Source: Octopus sinensis | Lineage: Eukaryota | NCBI RefSeq assembly: GCF_006345805.1 | Contig: NC_043000.1 | Location: 27,714,001-27,778,000, forward strand | Direction: 5' to 3' | Length of the DNA: 64,000 nucleotides | In this document: positions 33,511 to 45,992 of the stretch, piece by piece | How the letters are laid out: each line of letters starts with the position of its first letter | Numbering within the stretch: position 1 is the stretch's first letter | Translations under genes and position numbers: made by a program | Notes under the pieces: model-generated | What the model saw: only the letters and a program-made list of their open reading frames with translations | Databases searched by the model: none | Told to the model about the DNA's origin: nothing

Positions 33511-35029
33511 ACCCCTCGCTCCTTCACCTTTATATGTTGTAGATTTTTCTTTGGTATTCTTCAAATGTTACTATAGTTGTGTATATTCATACTCGGTCGT
33601 TGATATCATAAGGTTCTATGTGCTCTCTTGTGACATCGTTGATAAATTTCAGCATTAGAGCAGCTGGAATTTTCTTAAGGTTTTTACCTCACCTGACATT
33701 CGTTAGTCATATTATCCCATGATACATTCATTCGATAAATACAGATTAGATTTTTGATGCAATTATCTTCAAAATTTCGCGTGATCTAATGCGCAAGCAC
33801 AATGCACGCTTTTTATTCATAATCTCATACAACACATCACTGATTTAACATAATCTTGATTATTGGCGCAAATAACATTCATGCAGTCATATGATTTTTA
33901 TACGCAGACGTCAAGGAGTGTAAACCAAATTCTACGCCTAAAGACATAGCACATAACAGTATATCGACTGGTGCCAATATAAGTCGTACTCTCTGCAGAA
34001 AATCAAGTGAATGTTCTACTGCAGTCAGAGTCAAGGTGAATACAGCATACATCCAGGTTCATCAATTCTGAACATGTGCAACTTGAAAAGAACACTCAAA
34101 GGCATTCCACGAGAATGAGATAGCAATCTTGCCCCACGATTTGAGCCAAGATGGAAAAGAAGTGTGTAACCGAAAAAAAAGAATTAAAAGAAGTGTGCAT
34201 TATGAGCAACGGTGTGTAACAACATCCGATTGCCTAGTTTTACAGAAAATTTCTTTCCTTTATACAAATCGAAAAGAGGATGCTGTTTTGTTTTGTTTAG
34301 AAAAAGAGAAAAATAAAAGAGGAAGGAAGGGAGGAGAGGGGTAGAGAGAGGAAGACAGATAGAATAGAGAAAAGAAAGCAGAAGAAGAAAGAAGAATGTA
34401 TCTAGGGATGGTCTCTGATTAACAGATGGTTGAAGCTAAATGACATTTTTAAAGTTTGTTATTAGAAGAAAGAGAGAAAGACAAGCAGAAGGACGAGAAA
34501 GAAAAAAGAAAAAAGAAAAAAAGACAACGGAAAAATGAAAGAGAAGGAACTTGAGAAAGGGGCTTCTTTTCAATGTGGTCAGCCTGTCCAAGTTTGATTA
34601 TAATTCAGGATGTCTTTCTTGATCCTGTCTTTGCTTTTGAGAGCATGCCTTTCTCTCTCCCTTTTTTCTCTCTAATTATAAACATATCAATATGTTTGTA
34701 AATATACACATTACATTTTAGGGTAAGTTGAGGACTGAAAGAGTGATTCTGAAGTACAGTTATAATTATAAAATATGAAATAAATCTAATAAGTTCAAAG
34801 TCCAAAGAAAACATACATTCGCCCCAATGTTGAATGATTTTATACAAAATCATGTTTGGAAATGGCCAAACTTGAGTATTCAAGCGCTCAGAATATTTCT
34901 GTCCAGTCATATTTTCCGGGAAGGTTAGCTAGGTACAGTACCTCTGTGAGATAACTATGTAATGCTCATAATTTGTTCCGTTTGAAAGAGTGGAGTGTTC
35001 ATGCATTTTGTCTTTGCTTTTCTTTTAAA

Positions 35030-35575
35030 CGTTTAGTTTTGGCAAGAACGTTTTGATAAAATGTAGCTCCATTGACTTTCAGAACTTTGGTTCATCCCCT
35101 CAACATTTGTAGAAGGGGAAGATCTTGAATTTTCCTACTACACATATTTCTACATATTTACTTAGTGGAATCTTAAGTAGTTCCTCTTGTTGGGTGTGTT
35201 GTCTGTGGGTTCTTGCACGTCGCCAGTATAATTTTCCTGGGGCAAGCAATGCAGTATTTGAGATTCTGTGTCTTGCAGTTCATATCTGCATTTACTTTGA
35301 ACGAGAATCCACTGTTAAATTTTATGTGAAAACCACTCTCTAAATATTTGAAACTGTTGCTCTGGCATGTTCCACATCTGCTATCTTCCATTCCTTTTCG
35401 GATTCTGATTCACTCTCTGATGTGAATTTTGCCCTTGAGAGGTGATCTTTAAGACTTTTTGGCTGGCATTCACTGTTTCGTTAGAGGCTTTCATCAACCA
35501 GATTTTTCATGTTGCGGCCTAGTAGGAGTATCGGTAGGTTTGTTGTTATAGTGTGAAAATTGTTGGTTACTTCGG
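35030..35575 (-). mobile_element. Penelope-like GIY-YIG remnant
   Basis: Minus-strand translation gives QPKSLK, FSFKVNADMNCKTQNLKYCIAC and ELHFIKTF. Confidence 0.7.
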
Positions 35576-35596
35576 GATTGTGTGTATTGATATATA

Positions 35597-35880
35597 CAGG
35601 GTGGGGCAAAATGACATGACACATTTGTAGGTTCAATAAAAGCAAAATAGAGAAAATAATTTTTTAAATGTTTTTATTTCCCAAACCTACATATAATGCC
35701 ATTTTGTTTCATACGTCTCGCCCTATTGTATGGAATGCTCCTTTTGATGTGTGAGGGATGGCAAAAATAGAAGTTCAAGTATTGTTGTCTGTTTTTTATA
35801 AAATATGTGTTGTGATTGTGGAGTCGTGTATTTTTATGTGAATGTCTAAATATGGTAATTCAGTATAACTGGTTTCTGTC
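35597..35880. mobile_element. Possible Tc1/mariner-type end or MITE fragment
   Basis: TA|CAGGGTGGGGCAAAA resembles a Tc1/mariner terminus; the partner TIR was not found. Confidence 0.35.
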
Positions 35881-35899
35881 GTGACCTATCTATCTACCT

Positions 35900-36360
35900 A
35901 TATATGTAGGTAGGTAGGTAGGTAGGTAGGTAGGTAGGTAGGTAGGTAGGTGGTAGGTAGGTAGGTAGGTAGGTAGGTAGGTAGGTAGGTAGGTGGTAGG
36001 TAGGTAGGTAGGTAGGTAGGTAGGTAGGTAGGTAGGTAGGTAGGCAGGTAGGCAGGTAGGCAGGCGAACTGGCAGAATGGTTAGCACGCCGGGCGAAATG
36101 CTTAGCGGTATTTCGTCTGCCGTTACATTCTGAGTTCAAATTCCGCCGAGGTCGACTTTACCTTTCATCATTTCGGGGTCGATAAATTATGTACCAGCTA
36201 CGCACTGGCGTCGATGTAATCGACTTAATCCGTTTGTCTGCCTTTGTTTGTCCCGTCTGTGTTTAGCCCATTGTGGGTAGTAAAGAAATAGGTAGGTAGG
36301 TAGGTAGGAAGGTAGGTAGGTAGGTAGGTAGGCAGGCAGGTGGGCAGGTAGGTAGGTGTT
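35900..36360. repeat. (GGTA)n microsatellite split by a SINE A copy (36061-36290, +)
   Basis: GGTA arrays at 35905-36060 and 36291-36355 flank a complete SINE with the Tx1-like tail. Confidence 0.92.
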
Positions 36361-37117
36361 GTATCGCACGTTCGATAACGGGATAATAATAATGTCCTTG
36401 CAAATCGTTCTACTCAATTTACTGGTAACAGCCCTCGACAATATGCAACTCTTGGCTTTACTCTGTTCCAATGACTCTCTGCGTACGTCCATCTATATTG
36501 TGGTACATTCCATTAGGAGCCAACCAATAGGGGTATTCTACTTCCACACAACAGTAGGTAGGTAGTTATGTGGACGGATACGTGGATGTAAATGACCGAC
36601 AGACTAGGAGACAGGTAGAATGATATAAACAGTTATCATACTGTTTATCCAATTTCATGTTTGGAATATATTTGCATTTCTGTTAAGTTTTAATTCGAAG
36701 TTACCGTTCCAAATAACACAGGATGAAACAGATGTTGTAATACACAGTAAATCTTTTACAATACATAAGAGAATATGTATACGAGTTGAATATATGTATG
36801 AGTAGCACATATGACGTCATAACGGCCATAACTGTCTACAACAGGTGCGGAATATTATTTTAGAAGAAATTATGCTTATATATAATCGCTTGAGAAGTTC
36901 CTATATTTATTACTCTAGTTAATGCTGTTCAACTACATTTGCATACAGTATCTGGCGAATTTGATAGCAACACTTCATCTACAACAGAGTTTTTTAAACT
37001 GTTGGGGGCATGACCACATAATACCCACAGCGCCCCGATCCCTATTTTTATGGATAAATATTTTTTATTTTACTAAATAGTATGAATCGTTTGATATTTA
37101 ATGATATTATACAATTT

Positions 37118-37212
37118 GTGTGGCACCTTGGGCAGGTGTCTTCTACTATAGCCTCGAGCCGACCAAAGCCTTGTGATGGATTTGGTAGACGGAAACTGAA
37201 AGAAGCCCGTCG

Positions 37213-37264
<52 letters not shown>

Positions 37265-37510
37265 GGTGTGTTTGGGTGTGTGTGTGTGTGTATGTGTGTG
37301 TGTGTGTTTGTGTGTGTCTGTGTTTTTCCCCCTAACATCGCCTGACAGCAGATGCAGGCGTGTTTACGTCACCGTAACTTAGTGCTTCGGCAAAAGAGAC
37401 CGATACAATAAGTACTAGGCTTACAAAAAATAAGTCCTGGGGTCGATTTGCTCGACTAAAGGCGGTGCTCCAGCATGGCCACAGTCAAATGACTGAAACA
37501 AGTAAAAAAG
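37118..37510 (+). mobile_element. SINE family C, 5'-truncated
   Basis: GGCACCTTGGGCAGGTGTCTTC, an internal TA/TG array and the tail CCAGCATGGCCACAGTCAAATGACTGAAAC. Confidence 0.88.
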
Positions 37511-38934
37511 TATTATAATAATATAATAAATTCATAGCGTCCCCCAATACACTGCCTTCCACCCAACGCTTTCCTTCTTTCTCCACCGCCTGCCGCCCCC
37601 ATAGGCACCAGCGCCCACCTGGACTGTCTCAATGCCCACCAGGAACCTATGATCTACAACAATACATCTACAGCAATTTACCTGCGGATGCAATTTATCT
37701 ACAAGCACATACACACAGGTGCAAGCACACACACATACGCATACAATCACACACACATACATGCAACCACACACAGATACAACCAGACACACACACGCAT
37801 ATATACAACCAAATACACACATGCATACAATCACACACAGATAAATTGTTGTGGTTGAAATGTAGACGAGTTCACCTAGCACATTTGGAAACATGTAGGA
37901 CTAAGTTAAATTCCACGTTGCATTGCAAGACAATGACCAAAAAAAAGTTTATTGCTGAAAGTAAAATTCTTGGAAATAACACACACACACACACACACAC
38001 ACATTTCTATACATATTTATAAACATAGATATTAATGAATACAGGTATCTAGGTATGTATATCTGTTTATGTCTGTAGGTGTATATACAACATTTTGTAC
38101 TAAGTTTACAATATTTCTTACCTCATGTCATGATGGTAAATCATTATTATTTCCGGACATTACATATGTATTGCCATGAACCACTGTGTATATATTTAAT
38201 ATAAGTATATATCTCAACATATTTTCGGGTGCGAGGTTTTTAAAACACATATTCACGTGCACACACAGACACACACATTTGATAAGAAATTGAAGAGTAG
38301 GAGAAACTTCCCTCATGGGGAGTGAATCACTGAGAAAGAAATTTAAATATATATATATATATATAAATCTTATTATGCCAGTAGATATTTCTAATTAATT
38401 CATCCTGATTTTCAGTTTTTAAGCTTTGGCTGTCCTAGTAGATAAAGATAAGTTCATTTCGACCCCTTAAATTTGGGGTTTGACAACGTACAGAAACTTG
38501 GGATAAAACTACATGGTCATTTAAAAGATTTATAAACTATATGCACGATCGAGTGTTTTTCTTTCTTAAGTTCTTTTTGTTTTTCAAATAGTGGAGAAAA
38601 GCGATAAGAAATGGTGGGCATTAAAAGCCCCTGACACACTTAAACTTGAGATTACAATTAACATTATATAGAGTACGATCGATATTTTATATCTCTTTTA
38701 CATTTAACAGTGGGGGAGAGCTTGATTGAAAGAGAATCTCTTGCATGTTTAAAGATTTCATTCTGGGATTCTGTCATAGGTCTTATTTTACTTCTCCCAT
38801 TTATCATTGTTTTTTGCTTCATTTTTTTCTTCTTCCAATACATATTCGCCTTGCTTGTTAGTTCCTCATAAAGATCCGATTACCATTCTCTCTATAAATT
38901 ACATATAAACCCATTTTTGAGGTTTCGGGTGTGA

Positions 38935-38966
<32 letters not shown>

Positions 38967-39715
38967 TAATATAAAAGGGCTTAGTAAAATAAATTACTTT
39001 GCCACATACTGAACTCATTAGAAATAGCAGCCAAAAAAGTTTTTTAGCTATTTCTAATACTTAAAGAAAAATTTCTCTCAGATAGTGTTTACTCAGAATA
39101 ACCCACGAAGGTATGGGGGTAAAAAACATTAAAAAATCACAAGTGCAAAGATTATTTGAGAACGTTACGTTTCTAGATCAGCCAAATAAAATTCGACATT
39201 TCTTTCGTCAGCCCAAAATTTCTTAATTTGGATTTGGAAACACTGAAAGTAGGAACATACCCTTTTGGCGACTTAACACCTCAGACGACCCGTTCAAACT
39301 GACAGTGCCAACAAATTCAAAATATGCAAGCGAAGAATTCCTGTTCTCCCTTTCCACCCACGCGGGCTAAACTAGCAAACACCATATTTTAGCGGTGAAA
39401 ACCGAGGCAATAAACAGAGAGAAATGAATTATAATTTCAACAATTGAGGGTAAAATTAATTAGTTATTAATCAATTTCATCAAGTATTCAGTATGTAAAA
39501 GGACCATTTAAGGCGAATTCAAAATATTACATTAATATAAAAGGGCTTAGTAAAATAAATTACTTTGCCACATACTGAACTCATTAGAAATAGCAGCCAA
39601 AAAAGTTTTTTAGCTATTTCTAATACTTAAAGAAAAATTTCTCTCAGATAGTGTTTACTCAGAATAACCCACGAAGGAAATTGATTACTAACTAATTAAT
39701 TTTACTCTCAATTGT

Positions 39716-39720
<5 letters not shown>
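38967..39720 (-). mobile_element. Non-coding Penelope-like mini-element with direct and inverted terminal repeats, in (TA)n
   Basis: ~145-bp direct repeat (38967-39110 and 39533-39677), 44-bp inverted repeat (about 39435-39478 and 39677-39720), a CTGACGA-AA-GAAA core on the minus strand at 39211-39199, and TA arrays on both sides. Confidence 0.65.
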
Positions 39721-39755
<35 letters not shown>

Positions 39756-39984
39756 AAACAATGTGTTATAATACTACTCCACATACACAAAAACAGCCAT
39801 ACCAACAATCCAACATACTTCCATCATCACCTCCCCAACGGATATCATTATGATTTCGACACCTGGGCAGTACCATTCAATCTAGCGGTGTCAACAGCAC
39901 TAAAATAAGTATTGTTTGCGAGCAAACATACCAAAGAAAGCACAACTTTCAAACACATTTACCCTATGCACAACTGTATCGATA

Positions 39985-40013
<29 letters not shown>

Positions 40014-40021
<8 letters not shown>

Positions 40022-40430
40022 TTATAAATTAGGGTGTCTACGAGATGCCACCATGCTGAAAATAGCAGCCATAATCTAACTCTAAAACCACATTAAGTGT
40101 CCATATAGCAACACAGAGGGAAGACAAAGAGACAAGATGAAACTAGTAAAACATTACTGGATAATTTCAGATCCCGGATTTCTGACTTTGCATTTATATA
40201 TTTATGTTTCCTTCTGTGTATATTCCACTGATGAGGCAAAGCATTCCTAAATGCAAAGACAGAAATCCGGGATCTGGAATTATCCAGTAATTTTCTACTA
40301 GTTTCATCTTGTCTCTTTGTCTTCTCTCCGTGTTGCTATATGGATACTTAAGGTGGTTTTAGAGTCAGATTATGGCTGCTATTTTCAGCATGGTGGTATC
40401 TCGTAGATACCCTAATTTATAATTTTAATA
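40014..40430. mobile_element. Hairpin element (183-bp arms, 51-nt spacer) derived from a PLE pLTR
   Basis: Arms 40014-40196 and 40248-40430 are reverse complements; the element abuts (TA)n and contains a hammerhead fold. Confidence 0.85.
40221..40282 (+). ncRNA. Type I hammerhead ribozyme fold with degenerate helix II
   Basis: TATTCCA-CTGATGA-GGCAAAGCATT(CCT)AAATGCAAAGACA-GAAA-TCCGGGA-TC|TGGAATTA. Helix I is TATTCCA/TGGAAT(T)A and helix III is quasi-palindromic. Confidence 0.62.
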
Positions 40431-40724
40431 ATTATTACTTTTGAATGTTATTTTGTCCATGCTGGCCACTTGATATAATCGTTATTTCATTTTAAATTAA
40501 CGATCTTATCCTTATATATATATACACATACCCTGACACACAAATATATATGCGTGTGTTTGTATGTGTGCATATGTATTATTTCTGAACAGTACCAACG
40601 GTACAACAACGGTATGAGTTCGCGCTACGGGCAGAGCATGATCATCTAGTCAGCTTCCAGTATAGTGTTTAGGCGTATCTATACAGCGTTACTAGTTGAG
40701 ATATACAGTGCATATGTATATTTA

Positions 40725-41310
40725 CAGGGTGCGGTAAATAAACTATCGCCTGAAATAGGCAAATATGAAAACAGTACTGACATCTCATTTTAACAGGTAT
40801 ATTTCACAAAATTACATAACATCTTGAAAACCATAAATTTATTCAATAAAATCTCAATTAGCTTTACCCACGGCCTCCGGATGACTTCTGAATCTCCTGC
40901 AACTCTTCTGGACGGTCTCCTTGTTAAAGTTGGTGAATGCTGCCATAATCCTTGCCTTCAGTTCTTTGGTGTTACAACCAGTTTTATTGGTCTCTAGCTC
41001 ATCTATGCCCCACATATAATAATAATAAAGAGGGTTGCAGGCTGGAGAGTTAGGTGGCCAGATGTTAAGGGTGATGTAGTCGCAGAGATTGTATGAGAAT
41101 CATAACTGTGTTCTCTTGATTGTAAGACATGGTGCAGAGTACTGTTGCCAGACAACCACCCTCTTCCAGCAACAACCCTCTTGACCAAGGGCAACACTAC
41201 CGCTTCGAAGCAATTGATGTAGGCCACCGAATTTCTAGCAGATTGATTTGGGTCACTGTGGTGATTTTCTAACAGACGTTGCCCAACCGACCCTACAATA
41301 CTATGTAGTC
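40725..41310 (-). mobile_element. Tc1/mariner (maT/DD37D-like) transposon 3' remnant
   Basis: TA|CAGGGTG terminus. Minus-strand translation gives WQQYSAPC..IWPPNSPACNPL..MWG..ELKARIMAAFTNFNKETVQKSCRRFRS. Confidence 0.8.
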
Positions 41311-42005
41311 GGGAAAACCAAAAACGAACTATGTGTATGCGTGGCATTCAAAATAACAAAATGCCGACAATTTAACCATCGTGCACTGTATATGCATATG
41401 TATATGTATACACACAGCTGTATATATATATGTGTGTGTGCGTGTGTATGTATATATATATATATCCATACATCCATCCATCCATCCATACATACATACA
41501 TACATACATACATATGTGTGTATGTATGTATGTATGTATGTACGTGCAATATAGATGTGTATGTATATATGTATATATATATACACATTTCTCGTGACCC
41601 ATTTTATATTTTCTTGTCAAAATTCGTTCAGCAACAGCGTTTCGAATAAGAACTTTCTATTTCCCATCGGGAAATTAAATATTTTGTTTTCTCAACAGTC
41701 TTTTGCCGTTATTTCCTCTGAACGCTTCACAATCAACTCAGTATTCAGTAACTTGTACGTCAAAATTGTCTCACAAAATACTAAAATGGTTCCATGCTAA
41801 TATTTTAAAATGTGTATTCATTCGGATGTAGCTGACAAAACCTATGGTAAACTATGTATAATTTCAGTAAATACCATCATTTTCATCGATTAATTCATAC
41901 ATTCTTACGCATACATAATTAAATAATGGTATATATGAATATAAGTATAAATGCGTGCGTGTGTGCGTGCGTCCATACGTTTATCCATGTATATATTATT
42001 TTACG

Positions 42006-42037
<32 letters not shown>

Positions 42038-42361
42038 TGCACGAGGAGGAAACTTCGTGGGTGAGTGTGTGTGTATGTGTGTGTGAGTGTGTGTGCGTTT
42101 CTATGTGTCCGTGTAGTTATGTATGTATGTTTATGCGTATATGTATAAATATATATATATGTTTATATATGAGGAGTACTGACACGTTCCTGTCTTTTGG
42201 TAAAAGAATATATTTTAGGACCATTTAACTATGGTTTTATTCAACAGATTACCCTCCCAGATTCAGACAATTATTGCAACGGCCCTTAAGTATTTGGAAG
42301 ACCCGTGAAATAACTGAGACGTTTGGACCTCCAGCCAGGACTTTCGCGATACCGTTCAAAC

Positions 42362-42439
<78 letters not shown>

Positions 42440-42489
42440 AAAACTGTTCTAACATATATATTACTGTTTTGTTCAAATACACTTTTACT

Positions 42490-42908
42490 CTTTTAATTGT
42501 TTCAGTCATATGACTGCGGCCATGCTGGAGCACTGCCTTTAGTCGAGTAAATCGACCGCAGGACTTATTCTTTCTAAGCCTAGTACTCATTCTATCGGTC
42601 TCTTTTTCGGAACCGCTAAATTAATGTGACGTAAACACACCAGCATCGGTTGTCAAGCGATACTGGGGGAGGGGGACAAATACAGACACACAAACATGCA
42701 CACACACGTACATATATATATATATATATATATACCTATATATATATGACGGCTTCTCTCAATATCCGTCTACCAAATCCACTCACAAGGCTTTGGTCGG
42801 CCTGAGGCTAAGGTAGAAGACACTTGCCCAAGGTGCCACGCAGTGGGATTGAACCCGGAGCTATATGGTTCGTAAGCAAGCTACGTAATACACAGCCACT
42901 CCTACGCC
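42490..42908 (-). mobile_element. SINE family C, complete
   Basis: Same head, CORE-like, microsatellite and tail order as 27741-28142. Confidence 0.9.
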
Positions 42909-43048
42909 TATGTGTATTGTTTAATAAAGTGTTATATAGTGATGTGTGTTGACATGCAAGTAAGATACGTTGTAGCTTTAACTGGTATTGGCTTTTGGAA
43001 CCGTACTGTTTGGAAGCTAATACATTATTCTGTAGGAATTAACAGCCC

Positions 43049-45070
43049 CACTGCGTGATGCAAAATATTGACAAATATGATTTTGTCACAAACTTCGTAA
43101 TTCTGTTTACTTAATGCCACAGAAATATGCCAGAGCATTTCATATTCCCGTACTCACGATTACTATTTGAATCGTGAAAGTATTTCTGGGACTAAATCGC
43201 TGATGATTTCAGTACCATCTCTGTGAAAGTCGTTAACCTCCTTCTCTGACATTCTCTTCATTTTATCTCTCTGTGACAAAGGCCGCGGTGGGGGAGGGGG
43301 TCAAAACTTCAAAATCTCTACCATCCTGGTTTGTTTTTAAAATGTCATAAATATATACTCGACAAAAAATACTGACTAATCTTCTGCTTAATGTTATTTC
43401 AACATCTCAAATTGTCCAGTCATAATAGGTCTGATGATATATTTCATCATCTCAAATTCAATATAAGTATAACCATTTTTAACTATTTCCTTAATTGTTT
43501 TACAGTGTTTTAGCTATGTCAAGACAGTGTAGAAATCTTCCTGGTGTGTTTTGTTATGTCTGTGTTCAAATTATTGTGAAAGCTCAAAGACGTACAAAAA
43601 CACCAGAGACCAAGGAGATTTATAAACTATTCTTTGACTGTCCTCTTGGAGTTCAGGACAAGTTATGGGCACCTCATTTTATCTGCTCAACTTACTGAAA
43701 TGGCTTACGTGACTGGTTCAATGAGAAGAAGTCCATGCCTTTTGCAATTCCAATGATATGGAGGGAGCTGAAATGTCCCAATTTGGATTCTGCAATGAAA
43801 CCTGTCTTTCACAATGGAAGTCTGCTAATACCTGTTCGATAAGATGATGGTTATGAAACATCCAATAATAATGCTGATTGTCACTATAGTGCAGCTGAGG
43901 AAGAATACGTGGCAGATGACGATAACTTTGAACTTCAAAGATTTTCCCAAGCTGAACTGAACGACCTTGTTAGAGACCTATCCCTCTCAAAAGAAAAAGC
44001 AGAACTGTTGGCATCAAGACTGATGTAGAAATATCTGCTAGAGTACAGTGTTCGTATGACTTATTTTCGGCTGAGAAATGTGGTCCTACAAACGTGTTTT
44101 TCTGTTGAAGGCCCGCTTTGATTCTGCAGCAACATCGATGGAGTTTTAGAATTTTTATCCCAAAATGATGATTCTGTAGAGTGGCGTTTGTTTATTGATT
44201 CTTCAACACGAAGTTTAAAAGCTATATTTTCATTAATGGTAATTTGAAGCCCTCCATACCTATTGCAAACTCCTTTCATCTTCATGAATCATATGAGAAT
44301 ATAGAACTTTTACTTCATGCCATGGTATATGAAAGATACTCATTAAAAATATGTGGAGATTTAAAAGTCATTGTAATTTTAATGGGAATGCAGTCTGGTT
44401 TCACAAAATACTGATGTTTCTTGTGTCTATGGAATAGCCGGACAACTGCTAGACATTATTGGGAATCGAACCGGAATCCAGAATATCATACCAGCTAGGA
44501 CTGTCCTATATTATCCTATTGTCCCCTTTGCACCTAAATCCTGGATTGATGAAACAGTTTGTAAAGACACTAGAGAAGAGAAATGCCAGAGGGGTTGAAT
44601 ATACTTTAGAAAAAGCTTCCCAAAATCTCAGAGGCGAAGCTGAAATAGGGTATCTTTGTCGGACCCCATATTAGCGAAGTACTCAAAGATGTCGACTTCA
44701 AGACAACACTGGATGAACTGGAACTGCCTGCCTGGAATGCTTTCAATTGGATCTGTGAGAATTTCTTGTGCAACAAGAAAGCAATGGCCTACAAGCATAG
44801 CATCAAGTATATCCTGATATGTTACTCAGCAATTGGTTGTCACATGTCATTGAAAGTTCACTTCTTGGAATCCCATCTGGATTTCTTCGCAGATAACCTT
44901 GGAGCAGTGTCTGATGAACATAGTGAAAGATTTCACCAGGACATTAGTGCTATAGTAAAAAGATAACAAGGCTTCTGGAATGACAGTATGCTGGCTGGCT
45001 ACTGCTGAACACTTAACCGTGATCAACCAGATCAGAAACACCACAGGAAGTCAAAATCACAATGTTTCTA
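43049..45070 (+). mobile_element. Degenerate DNA transposon, probably CMC/Chapaev-3
   Basis: Candidate CACTG terminus at 43049. Transposase remnants from ATG 43516: FCYVC..QDKLWAPHFIC, MPFAIPMIWRE and MSLKVHFLESHLDFFADNLGAVSDEHSERFHQDIS. The family name is from recall. Confidence 0.72.
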
Positions 45071-45237
45071 AATTTGTTGGTCTACCTTTGTTTTGTTTGA
45101 TCCATTTTTTCTGTATTCACTCTTTGTAGAATGATAATGATGAATTTTACCTTAATAAAGTCATTGGCTTTCTAAAAATAATATGTCCTTATATGTTACG
45201 TTAACGATTTTATAAGTACAAATATGTAAATATTTGA

Positions 45238-45530
45238 AGGTGCAAAGGCCCACTGGTTAGGGCAGCTGACTCGCGGTTTCGATTCTCAGACCAGGCGTTG
45301 TGTGTGGTTATCGAGCGAAAACACCTAAAAGCTTCACAAAGCTCTGGCAGGGGGTGGTGGCGACCCCTGTTGTACTCTTTCGCCACAATTTTCTCTCACT
45401 CTCTCTTCCTGTTTCTTGAGTAACGCTGCCATGGACTGGCGTCCCGTTCAGCTAAGGGGAACACATATGCCACAGAAACCGGGAAACCGGGCCCATGACC
45501 CTGGCTAGGCTAGAAAAGGGCGATGTTTAT
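45238..45530 (+). mobile_element. SINE family B with a V-domain-like 3' part
   Basis: GGCCCACTGGTTAGGGCAGC head, GAGCGAAAACACCTAAAAGC body and CTGCCATGGACTGGCGTCCCGTTCAG. Confidence 0.8.
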
Positions 45531-45834
45531 CATTTGTATGGAAATATTTGCCTGTATCTACTGAAAAACCTCGCTCTGTATACAAAGGGAGTGACATTTT
45601 GTAATCAACATGAAACGGTATAAAAAAAGTAATATATAATATTGCAAAGTTGCTTTTTTATACCATTGACTAAGTAATTATCGTCCAAAATTTTGAAATG
45701 TGTTAAAATTTAGCATTTTCTATTAAAGAAAATATTTTTATCTCTCATGCTCGAAGCTAAATTTGAATCATATTTCTACTGTATATGTCATATTTTACTG
45801 TATATGCCTTTGTTTGTTATCGTTTTATTACATA

Positions 45835-45953
45835 CTAGCAGTACAACGCGGCTTTGCCGGGGATTAAGTTAGAATTATTACGGTAATCAAGTTCTTTGTT
45901 TCAAACAAACTAAGTAACACCGACGTCAAATTTGGGCGACATCCGTTGAAATT

Positions 45954-45992
<39 letters not shown>

